Assembly: GCF_008000775.2 (NCBI RefSeq)
Contig: NZ_CP042905.2
Coordinates: 1,290,001-1,322,000 of the forward strand
Source: Promethearchaeum syntrophicum
GTDB taxonomy: Archaea; Asgardarchaeota; Lokiarchaeia; Sigyniarchaeales; Promethearchaeaceae
DNA: 32,000 bases
Direction of reading: 5' to 3'
Part shown: piece after piece, positions 17,759 through 26,606 of the stretch
How positions within the stretch are numbered: position 1 is the stretch's first letter
Layout of the letters: each line of letters begins with the position of its first letter
Position numbers and translations under genes: made by a program
Notes under the pieces: generated by a model
Database searches by the model: none
The model's input: the letters and a program-made list of their open reading frames with translations, nothing else
Told to the model about the DNA's origin: nothing

Positions 17759-18973
17759 TTATTTCACAAGATAACCTACAGACATTCCGCCCATTTCATC
17801 AATAAGAATTGTGTGGTTTTTTTCTTTCCAATTTTTTATTTTTGTAAATAGTTGGTTAAAAGTAATTTTTTCCAAAAAAGCATTTGAAGCTTCACGAACT
17901 GAAATATCTCCAATATAAAACAAACGAGCACGATTTGCAAGTTCTGCCCAATAGAAAGCTTTATGATCTCCGAATTTATAATTTTCGTAAGATAACGAAG
18001 AAATTATATTCTCAGGTGTTTGTAAATTCTTCATCCTTAGGAAAAATTTGGGATTTCCAATACCCCGATCACATTTAGCTATCAAAGTAAAGGTTCCATT
18101 ATCCTTAAGTACATTTTTAGTGTTTTCCATAGCTTTTTGAGCTTGATAGAGTGTATTATTTAAAGGATTAGCCACGAAAGATATTATATGATCAACTTTC
18201 TTTTTCAAGGTTGTTCCATAGATCTTAAATGATTGATTTTTGGCCTGGTTAAAAGCATTTTGTAAAGTTCCTACACTCATATGAAAAATTGCTTCGTCAT
18301 GATTAACAACTTGAATAGATTGGATTTTCTGTAAAGATTTAAGTAAAGAGCCTCCTTCCCACAAGTCTCTATAAAGAGGATTACTATCTGTTTTTAAAAT
18401 ACAAGATTCCGGTTTTAATGCTAAACTATGATTTTTCTCAATAGTTTTTCTTGAGGCTAGCCCGGGAATGATAGATTTTATACCACCAGTAAATCCCGCA
18501 AAATAATGGGGTTCAACACTATTTATTGTAATAATATCATCTGATTCCAATAATAACTTATTAATCGACACCTTGGTTCCATATTCGGTTTCTCCTAAAG
18601 CTATAAGTTTTTCATCATCATCACAATCATGAATTAATACTTCATCACCGCTTTTTGCTCCAGTAAATTGAATAGGGTCAATATTGGTTAGAAACTTATG
18701 TGATCCCGTTGCAATTATAAATTTTGCAGATTTTATCAAAATTCCAGCGTTTCTTAATAGATTTACAATTTTTGGTGTTGGCGTCGAACGATCAAGATCA
18801 TTAACAACAATCAGCGAATTAGTTTGAAGTGGTTTTAATTTTTGTAATATGGATATAAGTTCAATATCCGGAATTTGTTTTCCAAATTTTGGCCTGATTA
18901 TTTTAATTCTAGGAGAATTTTTCAGGTCTAATCGCTTGTAAAAAGATTGAACTGACAATTCTTTCTCTGACAT
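17759..18973 (-). CDS. larA: Nickel-dependent lactate racemase (LarA) family 2-hydroxyacid racemase/epimerase
   Basis: NDLDRSTPTP, IATGSHKFLT and SVEPHYFAGFTGGIKSIIPGLAS correspond to the LarA DxTRxTP, ATGxH and EPHxFAGFxGGxKxxxPG motifs. Confidence 0.85.
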   Translation of the reverse strand: MSEKELSVQSFYKRLDLKNSPRIKIIRPKFGKQIPDIELISILQKLKPLQTNSLIVVNDLDRSTPTPKIVNLLRNAGILIKSAKFIIATGSHKFLTNIDPIQFTGAKSGDEVLIHDCDDDEKLIALGETEYGTKVSINKLLLESDDIITINSVEPHYFAGFTGGIKSIIPGLASRKTIEKNHSLALKPESCILKTDSNPLYRDLWEGGSLLKSLQKIQSIQVVNHDEAIFHMSVGTLQNAFNQAKNQSFKIYGTTLKKKVDHIISFVANPLNNTLYQAQKAMENTKNVLKDNGTFTLIAKCDRGIGNPKFFLRMKNLQTPENIISSLSYENYKFGDHKAFYWAELANRARLFYIGDISVREASNAFLEKITFNQLFTKIKNWKEKNHTILIDEMGGMSVGYLVK

Positions 18974-19053
18974 AAATATATCTATAACCTCATTTCCAAA
19001 TTAAGGACTTAAAGTCCTCACTTATTTATATATGCTAACTCAATTAATTAGTT

Positions 19054-19950
19054 ATGTCATTACCTCATGTCATAGAAACAACCCATTCTGATGGTATCAA
19101 TCAATTATTAAAGATTTCTCAACAACGGATTATTCATCAGGTCGCCAAAAAAAAGCAATTAATTCGAGCCCAACTATTTATCGTTGTAATGCTTGGCATT
19201 GCCATAACCCTCCATTTAATTCCTTTCTTATTTATTGACAGAACTCCCCGAATTTTTGCTACAGGAATTATCATTATTATTGGATTCAACAACAATATTT
19301 CTATTCAATTGATCCGAAAGAAGAAATTAATTAACGAAACTCAACAATTTTTAAAAAAAATTAAAGATAGTAAAAAATTGAACCGAAATGGTGTCTTTTT
19401 CCCTCTCATAAGTAATTATTTACATAATCTATATAATCTCTTATTTTATGGCAAGAAAAAGAATAAACTCCCCGAATCTTTCTTTCTATCCACAACACAA
19501 GAATATGACCCGGAAATCGAAGAAGGATTAATTAAATCATTAAATAATGATATTTTTATAAACTTAAGTATCGGATTTGTCTATATCCTTGCAGCTGTCT
19601 TAGCTGGGGTGTTTATGCCTGAAAGAATTCAAATACCATTTTATTTGGGTAGTCTTATTATTCTCATAAGCTTATTTATTGGGTTATGGATTATATGTCT
19701 CAAGCTACGCCACCATCTCTCATCGTGGATCCGTGGATTTATGGATCTTCAAATCTGGGTCAAAATGATTGAAAATTTACCTATAAAATCCGAAAAATCC
19801 GATTTACAGAATCCTGTAGCTTATCCCACAAATGAAACTGCCTTAAGTGATACTAAGATAGCAAGAAATGTGCTGTTTTGTCCTTTTTGCGGGGAAGCAG
19901 ATCAACTTCAAGATAAGTTTTGCCAGAATTGCGGAAAATTAATTGAATAA
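19054..19950 (+). CDS. Multi-spanning membrane protein with C-terminal zinc ribbon
   Basis: About four hydrophobic helices (e.g. LFIVVMLGIAITLHLIPFLF, FINLSIGFVYILAAVLAGVF) and C-terminal CPFCGEADQLQDKFCQNCGKLIE. Confidence 0.8.
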   Translation: MSLPHVIETTHSDGINQLLKISQQRIIHQVAKKKQLIRAQLFIVVMLGIAITLHLIPFLFIDRTPRIFATGIIIIIGFNNNISIQLIRKKKLINETQQFLKKIKDSKKLNRNGVFFPLISNYLHNLYNLLFYGKKKNKLPESFFLSTTQEYDPEIEEGLIKSLNNDIFINLSIGFVYILAAVLAGVFMPERIQIPFYLGSLIILISLFIGLWIICLKLRHHLSSWIRGFMDLQIWVKMIENLPIKSEKSDLQNPVAYPTNETALSDTKIARNVLFCPFCGEADQLQDKFCQNCGKLIE

Positions 19951-19954
19951 ATGA

Positions 19955-20233
19955 TTGGGTGAAAATTTGTTGACTCGACGAACAAAATATGAAATTTGGG
20001 TAGCTATTTTGGAAGTTTGTTTAAACTCTCCAAAACATCAAAGTGGGATCTTACGAGAATTGAGTTTGAAAACCAATCATGCAAAACAGGAGATTGAATA
20101 TCTCCTCCACCGCAATCTTTTGAATGAAATTCTTAACAAGGATGATAAGTGGTCATCATATCAAACCAGTCTTAAAGGAAAAAAAGCTTTAAATCATTTT
20201 TACAGACTTATTACAAATTTTTTCAAACCATAA
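19955..20233 (+). CDS. Archaeal winged-helix (HTH_45-like) transcriptional regulator, TTG start
   Basis: TRRTKYEIWVAILEVCLNSPKHQSGILRELSLKTNHAKQEIEYLLHRNLLNE...YQTSLKGKKAL. Starts 4 nt after the previous stop. Confidence 0.72.
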   Translation: MGENLLTRRTKYEIWVAILEVCLNSPKHQSGILRELSLKTNHAKQEIEYLLHRNLLNEILNKDDKWSSYQTSLKGKKALNHFYRLITNFFKP

Positions 20234-20264
20234 CTTTTTTCTCATTTATTTTTAGAAAAAAAAA

Positions 20265-21647
20265 TTAGAGATTTCTGTTTTCTTCTGTTACTATTATATT
20301 TCCAGCATTTTTCGGGATAAAAAGTAGAGGTATAATTGCAAAAATCGAAACTATTGCAGCAATTAGTAAACTTTCCCATGTTGGTATTATGCCTTGTTTA
20401 CCATCGATTATGGCTGGAGTTCCTAATTGCTCAATTATAAATGATCCGATTGGTGCTCCTATCATCATAGGTATAGCAACAAAAAAAATTAAACGGACAC
20501 CTTGATATTTCCCGATTTCAGCCTTTGGGGTTTGATCTTGGATCCAAGACATAAGAAATATACCTATCCCAGTATCGACACTTATTTGAATGGCATAAAA
20601 AGCAATTACTACCCACATATTTCTAAAAAGACTTAATATTGCTAAATTAACAGCTGAAAGAATTAAAAGTACCATAAGTGCAGATTTTCGGTTAAATTTA
20701 TGACTAATCATTCCAATTATTATTGCAACCATTGTTCCAGATAAGATTATTATCGCTCCCGCCACACTAATCATAGTTTTTGAAAATTTTAGGTTATGTT
20801 CTAAGTAAATAAATAAATAGGGAAAATATATTTGCATTCCAATCCCAGAAATTGCCATAAACAAGAATAATAGGTATAAAATTTTATTTTTTTTTATTGT
20901 ACTTGGCTTAAATGCTTGAGCGATATCAATTAACACAGATTTCTTCTCTTTTGATTGCTCATCCTCTGATAATGGAGGCTCTTTTAAAATTAATCCTGCA
21001 ATTCCTCCTAAAATAGTAACGGATCCTCCTAAAATATAGAAAAACACAAAATATCCAAAATTTTCTATTATAATTCCTGCTACTCCTAAAGCAACTAAAT
21101 TTGCCAGTAAGGTCGATGCAGAAAGTATCCCTTGAACGCGACCCCTGTTTGTAGAATCACTAATATCGGTGGACCATGCATTGAATGCAGCATCATTTGC
21201 AGTCGAACCGAAAAATGTCATTACAGAATCTAAAATTACTACTAACACTATTGCTATTCCTATATTTTCTAAAAGTGCAGGTTCTGGAAAAATAATCGTA
21301 ATAATACCCCATAAAACGTACCCAAAAAGAATATAGGGTCGACGACGCCCAAAACGGCTTTTTGTTCGATCACTTAAACTTCCCATTAATAATGTCGTTA
21401 TCGTAGCAGTTAATGCGCTTAAAACAACCATCCAGGCCACAGGTGCTGGGTTTGGAGTTAACTCATCATACACGAATGTATTAAACCAAGTATTCTCAAC
21501 AGCCCAAGCAATTTGACCAGATAATCCTAAAATCCATAGTACTAGGGTTGTCCTAATTCCTAGTTTTTTAACTTGAACTACGTTTTTTTCTTGAGGATTT
21601 TCCTCAAATGTTTCTATTTCTTCTCTGGTTTTTCTCATTTTTTTCAT
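20265..21647 (-). CDS. MFS transporter (GPH/sugar-cation symporter-like)
   Basis: 12-TM-like hydrophobicity; MGSLSDRTKSRFGRRRPYILFGYVLWG and internal ISHKFNRKSALMVLL. Confidence 0.87.
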   Translation of the reverse strand: MKKMRKTREEIETFEENPQEKNVVQVKKLGIRTTLVLWILGLSGQIAWAVENTWFNTFVYDELTPNPAPVAWMVVLSALTATITTLLMGSLSDRTKSRFGRRRPYILFGYVLWGIITIIFPEPALLENIGIAIVLVVILDSVMTFFGSTANDAAFNAWSTDISDSTNRGRVQGILSASTLLANLVALGVAGIIIENFGYFVFFYILGGSVTILGGIAGLILKEPPLSEDEQSKEKKSVLIDIAQAFKPSTIKKNKILYLLFLFMAISGIGMQIYFPYLFIYLEHNLKFSKTMISVAGAIIILSGTMVAIIIGMISHKFNRKSALMVLLILSAVNLAILSLFRNMWVVIAFYAIQISVDTGIGIFLMSWIQDQTPKAEIGKYQGVRLIFFVAIPMMIGAPIGSFIIEQLGTPAIIDGKQGIIPTWESLLIAAIVSIFAIIPLLFIPKNAGNIIVTEENRNL

Positions 21648-21683
21648 CTTTTCTCATTTTTAGGTGTTATAAAAAAAATTTGA

Positions 21684-23561
21684 TCAATTTTCAGCTTCAT
21701 ATAAGGTTTTATGAAGATTTTTTAGCCATTCTGGCTCTAATTTTATGATTTTACGGTCATATGAGATCAGTCCATTAATTTCTTGTTCTACATCGGTAGT
21801 TTGTGTGTAAATGGCAGCACTCAATCCTTTTTTGATTAGTGGCTTCAAATTTTTTATTAGTTGTGAATATTTTGTTTCCAGTTCCAATTTCGATTTTAAA
21901 TTACGATATCCCCATTTTTTAAGTTTGGTTTTCCAAATATGATTGTGAATTTCAAAACCGAAACCACCAAACTCACTTAATCCCAATCCTCTTTCTGATT
22001 TTGATTTTATTTTTGGAATAGCTGGTCCAGGATATCGATGAATCGTATGAAGATCTCCACATCCATAATCTGTCCACCCGCTAGCGCTATCTATTAATCT
22101 GGATTCATCGATCGATCTTAAATAATTAGTCACTTTTTTTGTATGAAATTGTCCCCAACCTTCATTAAAAGGAACCCATACAACAATACATGCGAAATTG
22201 AATAAATTTGAAACAGTTTGCTCTAATTCATAGTAGAAATTTTGTTGAATTTTTTTCTTCTTTCGACCTGTCCACCAAGATTTCTTTAAAAACATCGCTA
22301 TAAACATCTGGATGCCCCAGTTCCAATTGCCGTAAACCCCTCCAGAAGGAATATCTTGCCAAACTAATAATCCAAGTTTATCACAATGATAATACCATCG
22401 CGCAGGTTCGATTTTGATATGCTTTCGCACCATATTAAAACCCATCGCTTTGGTTTTTTCTAAATCCCATTTCAATGCTTGATCATTTGGTGCAGTATAT
22501 AATCCATCAGGCCACCAACCTTGATCTAATAAACCATACTGGAAAAAAAACTTATTATTTAATTCAATTCGCGGAATTCCTTGACTCCCTCTCTTAATTG
22601 CTATTTTTCGCATTCCAAAATATGATTTAACTTCGTCAATGATATCTTCAAACCCATTTCCATCTTTTAACAAGGTTATCTTTAAATCATATAAAAATGG
22701 AGAAGAGGGGGACCAAAGTTTCGGATTTTTAACTGGAACTGAAAATTTTTGCTTTAAATCATCCATTTTTATTTTTTTTGAAGAAATTTGGGTTCCATCT
22801 TCAGAAATCTCAATGATTATTGAAAAATCGGATAGTTCTTCATTAGGTTTTGAAAAATTGACTTCTAAATCTATCTCTTCAAGATCTATATCCGTTTTTA
22901 GCTGAAAATCGTAAATATATGGATCTGAAACCATTTCTAACCATATTGTTTGCCAAATTCCACTCATTGCAGTATAGAAAACTGTGTGGGGTTTTAGCTT
23001 CTGCTTTCCCCTCTCCTGATGGCCTTTGTCACTTGGATCCCAAACTCTAATAGTTAAATCATGGAGATTTTGAGTATTTTCTTTCTGATTGGTTTTTAAA
23101 TAAGGTGTTATATCTACTGAAAATGGAACATCGCCACCTTCATGAAAGAAAACTTCTCGGTCATCTACCCAAACCTTTGTTTGCCAATCGACTCCTCCAA
23201 AATGTAAGAGAATCCGATGGTGGTTTAAGTTTTCTTCCCAGTTTTTTGGAAGAGAAAAAGTCCTATGATACCAAAGATATTGGTGTGGAAACAACTTTTG
23301 TTTTACTCCTGATAAAGCTGATTCTACAGGGAATGGAACAAGAATTTTTCCTTCCCATTCTTTTATTTCTTCTTTAGGAATATTTTTATCAGCAATTACA
23401 TAATTCCAAAGACCATTTAGATTTTTCCATTCTGCCCTTGTCATTTGTGGGCGTGGGTATTCCGGAAAAGGTGCTTCTGAAGTCACTTGTAATGTCCAGG
23501 GTGTGAAAAGATCTCCTCCGATAGGAGTCCATTTATTTGATTTAGAAGGTTGAATTTCCAT
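21684..23561 (-). CDS. Glycoside hydrolase family 2 (beta-galactosidase/glucuronidase-like)
   Basis: NLNGLWNYVIAD, WYHRTFSLP, HFGGVDWQTKVWVDDREVFFHEGGDVPFSVDIT, GFNMVRKHIKIEPARWYYHCDKLGLLVWQDIP, VVWVPFNEGWGQF, LSEFGGFGF. Confidence 0.92.
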   Translation of the reverse strand: MEIQPSKSNKWTPIGGDLFTPWTLQVTSEAPFPEYPRPQMTRAEWKNLNGLWNYVIADKNIPKEEIKEWEGKILVPFPVESALSGVKQKLFPHQYLWYHRTFSLPKNWEENLNHHRILLHFGGVDWQTKVWVDDREVFFHEGGDVPFSVDITPYLKTNQKENTQNLHDLTIRVWDPSDKGHQERGKQKLKPHTVFYTAMSGIWQTIWLEMVSDPYIYDFQLKTDIDLEEIDLEVNFSKPNEELSDFSIIIEISEDGTQISSKKIKMDDLKQKFSVPVKNPKLWSPSSPFLYDLKITLLKDGNGFEDIIDEVKSYFGMRKIAIKRGSQGIPRIELNNKFFFQYGLLDQGWWPDGLYTAPNDQALKWDLEKTKAMGFNMVRKHIKIEPARWYYHCDKLGLLVWQDIPSGGVYGNWNWGIQMFIAMFLKKSWWTGRKKKKIQQNFYYELEQTVSNLFNFACIVVWVPFNEGWGQFHTKKVTNYLRSIDESRLIDSASGWTDYGCGDLHTIHRYPGPAIPKIKSKSERGLGLSEFGGFGFEIHNHIWKTKLKKWGYRNLKSKLELETKYSQLIKNLKPLIKKGLSAAIYTQTTDVEQEINGLISYDRKIIKLEPEWLKNLHKTLYEAEN

Positions 23562-23651
23562 GGTTATTTAATCCAAAATTGAATTATGAAATTTAATTGT
23601 CTATCTTAAGATACGAATTTAATTTAAGGTCATTTTTTTTATTCTACTTTA

Positions 23652-25211
23652 ATGAGTTTTTTTTTTGATAAAGATACAATCACGGCTGAAGATGTCTCTC
23701 AATTGGATGCGAACAGTGCGAGTTTAGGCATACCAAATGGGTACTTGATGGAGTGTGCTGGTTTACAAGCGACAAACAAAATATACGAACATTATAAACT
23801 GAATTCGAGTTCTTCTGTTGTTATTATGTGCGGTATTGGAAATAATGGAGGGGATGGATTATGTATTGCACGACATTTGGCCACTCGAGGTATTTCTGTA
23901 TTTGTTATACTTTTGGGAGATTCCATTCATATACGCACCCAAGAATCTAGATTAAATTGGGAATTAGTGAACACTCTCACTTTAAAAATTCGCTCATATT
24001 CTATTAAAAATATCAAACAACTTAAAACTCTCTGCAAATCAGAATTTTTTATGAATGCAGATATAATTATTGATGCGTTGCTAGGAACCGGTGTTACTGG
24101 AAAGATCAGAGAACCTATTTCAACTGCAATAGATATGATAAATCAAAGCAACCTACCAAAAATTTCGATTGACGTGCCTTCTGGTATGAATCCAGATACT
24201 GGACAAATCACCGAAAAATCTGTGAATTGTGATTTTTGTATTACTTTCCATGCTAAGAAGAAGGGATTCGCCAATATTAAAACCTGGGTGGCTCCAATTG
24301 GGATTCCATTAGAAGCCAGTCTTTTTATTGGGGATGGTGATCTTCGTTCAGCTATAAAAAAACGCGATAAAGATTTTCATAAAGGTCAATATGGAAAATT
24401 ATTGGTGATTGGGGGGTCATCTTCGTATTCAGGAGCCCCATCACTTGCTGCAATGTCCGCGCTTGAATTAGGGATTGATTTATGCATTTGTTTTGTACCT
24501 AAAGGGATCGGGAATGTAGTAAGAAGTTTTTCTCCTAATTTAATTGTACAAGAAGGAGTTGCAGAAAATTTTTCTAATTCAGATTTTTTACAAGCAAAAA
24601 AATTGAGCAATTGGGCTGATGCAGTTTTAATTGGACCTGGTTTGGGAAAAGATCCTAAAACTGTTGAATTTTTCGAAAAATATATCCTATGGATTCTCGG
24701 GAAAAAAATTCCATGTGTTGTTGATGCAGATGGAATTAAAATGCTAGGAAAATTATTCAAAGAGAGCAAAATTGCAAGATTAACTTCCTCGATAGTAATA
24801 ACACCACATATGGAGGAACTTAAATCCATCGTTCGATTTAAAAATCTTCCAAAATTCGATGAAATTGAAAAACGCACAAAAAAGCTAATATCGATCTTGG
24901 AAAAAATTGGAGGGGTAATTTTAGTAAAAGGAGTCTATGATTATGTTATTAAAATATCAAAAAAGAGAAGTATTTGTAGAGTTAATCGCAGTGGATGCCC
25001 TGAAATGGCTGTTGGTGGTACCGGTGATGTTTTAGCTGGATTAACATCCGCTTTTCTCTCCATCGGAAACTCCCCATTTAATAGTGCATGTGCAGCTGTA
25101 TATTTAAATGGGTTACTGGGTGAATCAGCCAAAAAATCGTATGGACCAAGGATACATGCAACAGATATGATTAAAAACTTAAAATCGTTTTTGTTATTTA
25201 AAAAATTTTAG
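23652..25211 (+). CDS. nnr: Bifunctional NAD(P)H-hydrate epimerase / ADP-dependent NAD(P)H-hydrate dehydratase
   Basis: MECAGLQATNKIYE, CGIGNNGGDGLCIARHLA, IIDALLGTGVTG, DVPSGMNPDTG; then YGKLLVIGGSSSYSGAPSLAA, VLIGPGLGKDP and GGTGDVLAGLTSAF. Confidence 0.95.
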   Translation: MSFFFDKDTITAEDVSQLDANSASLGIPNGYLMECAGLQATNKIYEHYKLNSSSSVVIMCGIGNNGGDGLCIARHLATRGISVFVILLGDSIHIRTQESRLNWELVNTLTLKIRSYSIKNIKQLKTLCKSEFFMNADIIIDALLGTGVTGKIREPISTAIDMINQSNLPKISIDVPSGMNPDTGQITEKSVNCDFCITFHAKKKGFANIKTWVAPIGIPLEASLFIGDGDLRSAIKKRDKDFHKGQYGKLLVIGGSSSYSGAPSLAAMSALELGIDLCICFVPKGIGNVVRSFSPNLIVQEGVAENFSNSDFLQAKKLSNWADAVLIGPGLGKDPKTVEFFEKYILWILGKKIPCVVDADGIKMLGKLFKESKIARLTSSIVITPHMEELKSIVRFKNLPKFDEIEKRTKKLISILEKIGGVILVKGVYDYVIKISKKRSICRVNRSGCPEMAVGGTGDVLAGLTSAFLSIGNSPFNSACAAVYLNGLLGESAKKSYGPRIHATDMIKNLKSFLLFKKF

Positions 25212-25261
25212 CGAAAATTTTTAGCGAAAATATTGCTAATTTAATTATAATTTACATTTAC

Positions 25262-25272
25262 AAAATATTTAA
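25262..25272 (+). promoter_or_regulatory. TATA-like element AAAATATTTAAG upstream of the gelsolin-like gene
   Basis: Same AAAATATTTAAG(C/T)G string as at 30062, placed about 25 nt before the ATG at 25293. Confidence 0.45.
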
Positions 25273-25292
25273 GCGGAGTGCGAAAAAAAAAA

Positions 25293-26045
25293 ATGCAGAT
25301 ATTCCTAGTTAAAGGTAACGGAGAAGTACACGAAATAAAATCTGATGCCCCCATTAAAACCTTATTAGATAAAAAAGAGTCTCATATCTTATGTGATGAC
25401 ATTTCTCGGGTTGTTTATTTATGGAAAGGCTCTGAGTGTTCCGTGCGTTCTAAATTTATTGGAGCTAATAAACTACAGGAAATTCGAGGACAAGTTGGAT
25501 TGAATTATAAATCTGTCTCAATGGATGAAGATGAGGTAGATGATTATCCTGATTTTCTTAGTGCAATTGAACAACCCAGAACAGATGGTTTTGCAAAAGA
25601 GATTATAGAAGATATGGAATTAAAGTTTGAAATAGGCGGAGGGCCTTCAAGACCTAAGACGTATGCTTCAGTAGTTGGATCTAGTAGCAAATATAATCAA
25701 GCAATCGAACAATCAGGTCCATTATATACTGGATCACAAACAGTTCCATCAGCTGCGGGAGCATCTCAACCAGCAGTTACTCATGCGGATCTAGATAAAA
25801 TAATTGATTCACTAGATGAAGCAGGTATCCCCGAAGGATTTCATAGAGAAATGGTAATTATGGGAAAAACTGCATATTCAGTTAGTGAAAAAGTACAAGT
25901 CTTTTTGGGAAAGAAGCAAGTAGAACACATCTTAGAACCAATTAGTTCTCTACCAGAAGGAATATTTTTAGCTGAAGGCTATACTCCACGTATTTTGGTT
26001 GAGGGTAAAACAATTATCGCCATTGAGTTCCTAAAACATAATTAA
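25293..26045 (+). CDS. Single gelsolin-like domain protein with Ser/Pro/Gln linker and C-terminal domain
   Basis: MQIFLVKGNGEVHEIKSDAPIKTLLDKKESHILCDDISRVVYLWKGSECSVRSKFIGANKLQEIRGQVGLNYKSVSMDEDE follows the gelsolin-repeat layout (LFxVKG...LLxxxxxxILDxxxxxYxWxGxxxxxxxKxxAxxxAxxI...vxxxxExE). Confidence 0.62.
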   Translation: MQIFLVKGNGEVHEIKSDAPIKTLLDKKESHILCDDISRVVYLWKGSECSVRSKFIGANKLQEIRGQVGLNYKSVSMDEDEVDDYPDFLSAIEQPRTDGFAKEIIEDMELKFEIGGGPSRPKTYASVVGSSSKYNQAIEQSGPLYTGSQTVPSAAGASQPAVTHADLDKIIDSLDEAGIPEGFHREMVIMGKTAYSVSEKVQVFLGKKQVEHILEPISSLPEGIFLAEGYTPRILVEGKTIIAIEFLKHN

Positions 26046-26126
26046 TTTTATCCACGGATTTTTTTTTTTTTAATTATAAAACAGAAACATTTTTTTAATT
26101 TAAAACAGAATTAGAATTGAACAATT

Positions 26127-26507
26127 ATGTCACTCAATGAAAGCGATGCTCAAGAATTATCGGCATATCTAGCGAATATAACTTCGAATACAGAGCTTGA
26201 TGCTCTCGCTTTGGTTTCACGAGAGGGGATGAGATTGGCATTTTCTGCAGTTCCGGGTTATAAAATCAATCCAGATTCACTCTGCGCAATGGGTGCTGTA
26301 CTTTTACAAAGCGGAGAGGAATCAGTTGCCAAAATTGGTTTCAATAAATTGATAGAAGTTGTCCTACGTGGTAAAAAAAGCTTTATGGTAATATCCTCTG
26401 CTGGTCGCTTTTTTTTAATAGGGGCTTCACAAGTTATTCAAGATCTTGGTAAAACTGTTACGGTTTTTCGATATTATGCTGGAAAAATTGCTGAAATTTA
26501 TCCTTAA
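26127..26507 (+). CDS. Roadblock/LC7 domain protein
   Basis: LSAYLANITSNTELDALALVSREGMRLAFSAVPGYKINPDSLCAMGAVLLQSGEESVAKIGFNKLIEVVLRGKKSFMVISSAGRFFLIGAS matches the Roadblock/LC7 pattern. Confidence 0.85.
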   Translation: MSLNESDAQELSAYLANITSNTELDALALVSREGMRLAFSAVPGYKINPDSLCAMGAVLLQSGEESVAKIGFNKLIEVVLRGKKSFMVISSAGRFFLIGASQVIQDLGKTVTVFRYYAGKIAEIYP

Positions 26508-26606
26508 ACAAACACTCTCTTCTAAGATATTTCGCATAAAAGATCTATATTTAGCATAATTGTCATTATTAAGATCAATATTATTATAAAAAAAGGTGTT
26601 TTATCA

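Noticed and set aside
23105-23377. Plus-strand 90 aa ORF
   Set aside because: Antisense shadow within the clearly coding GH2 gene.
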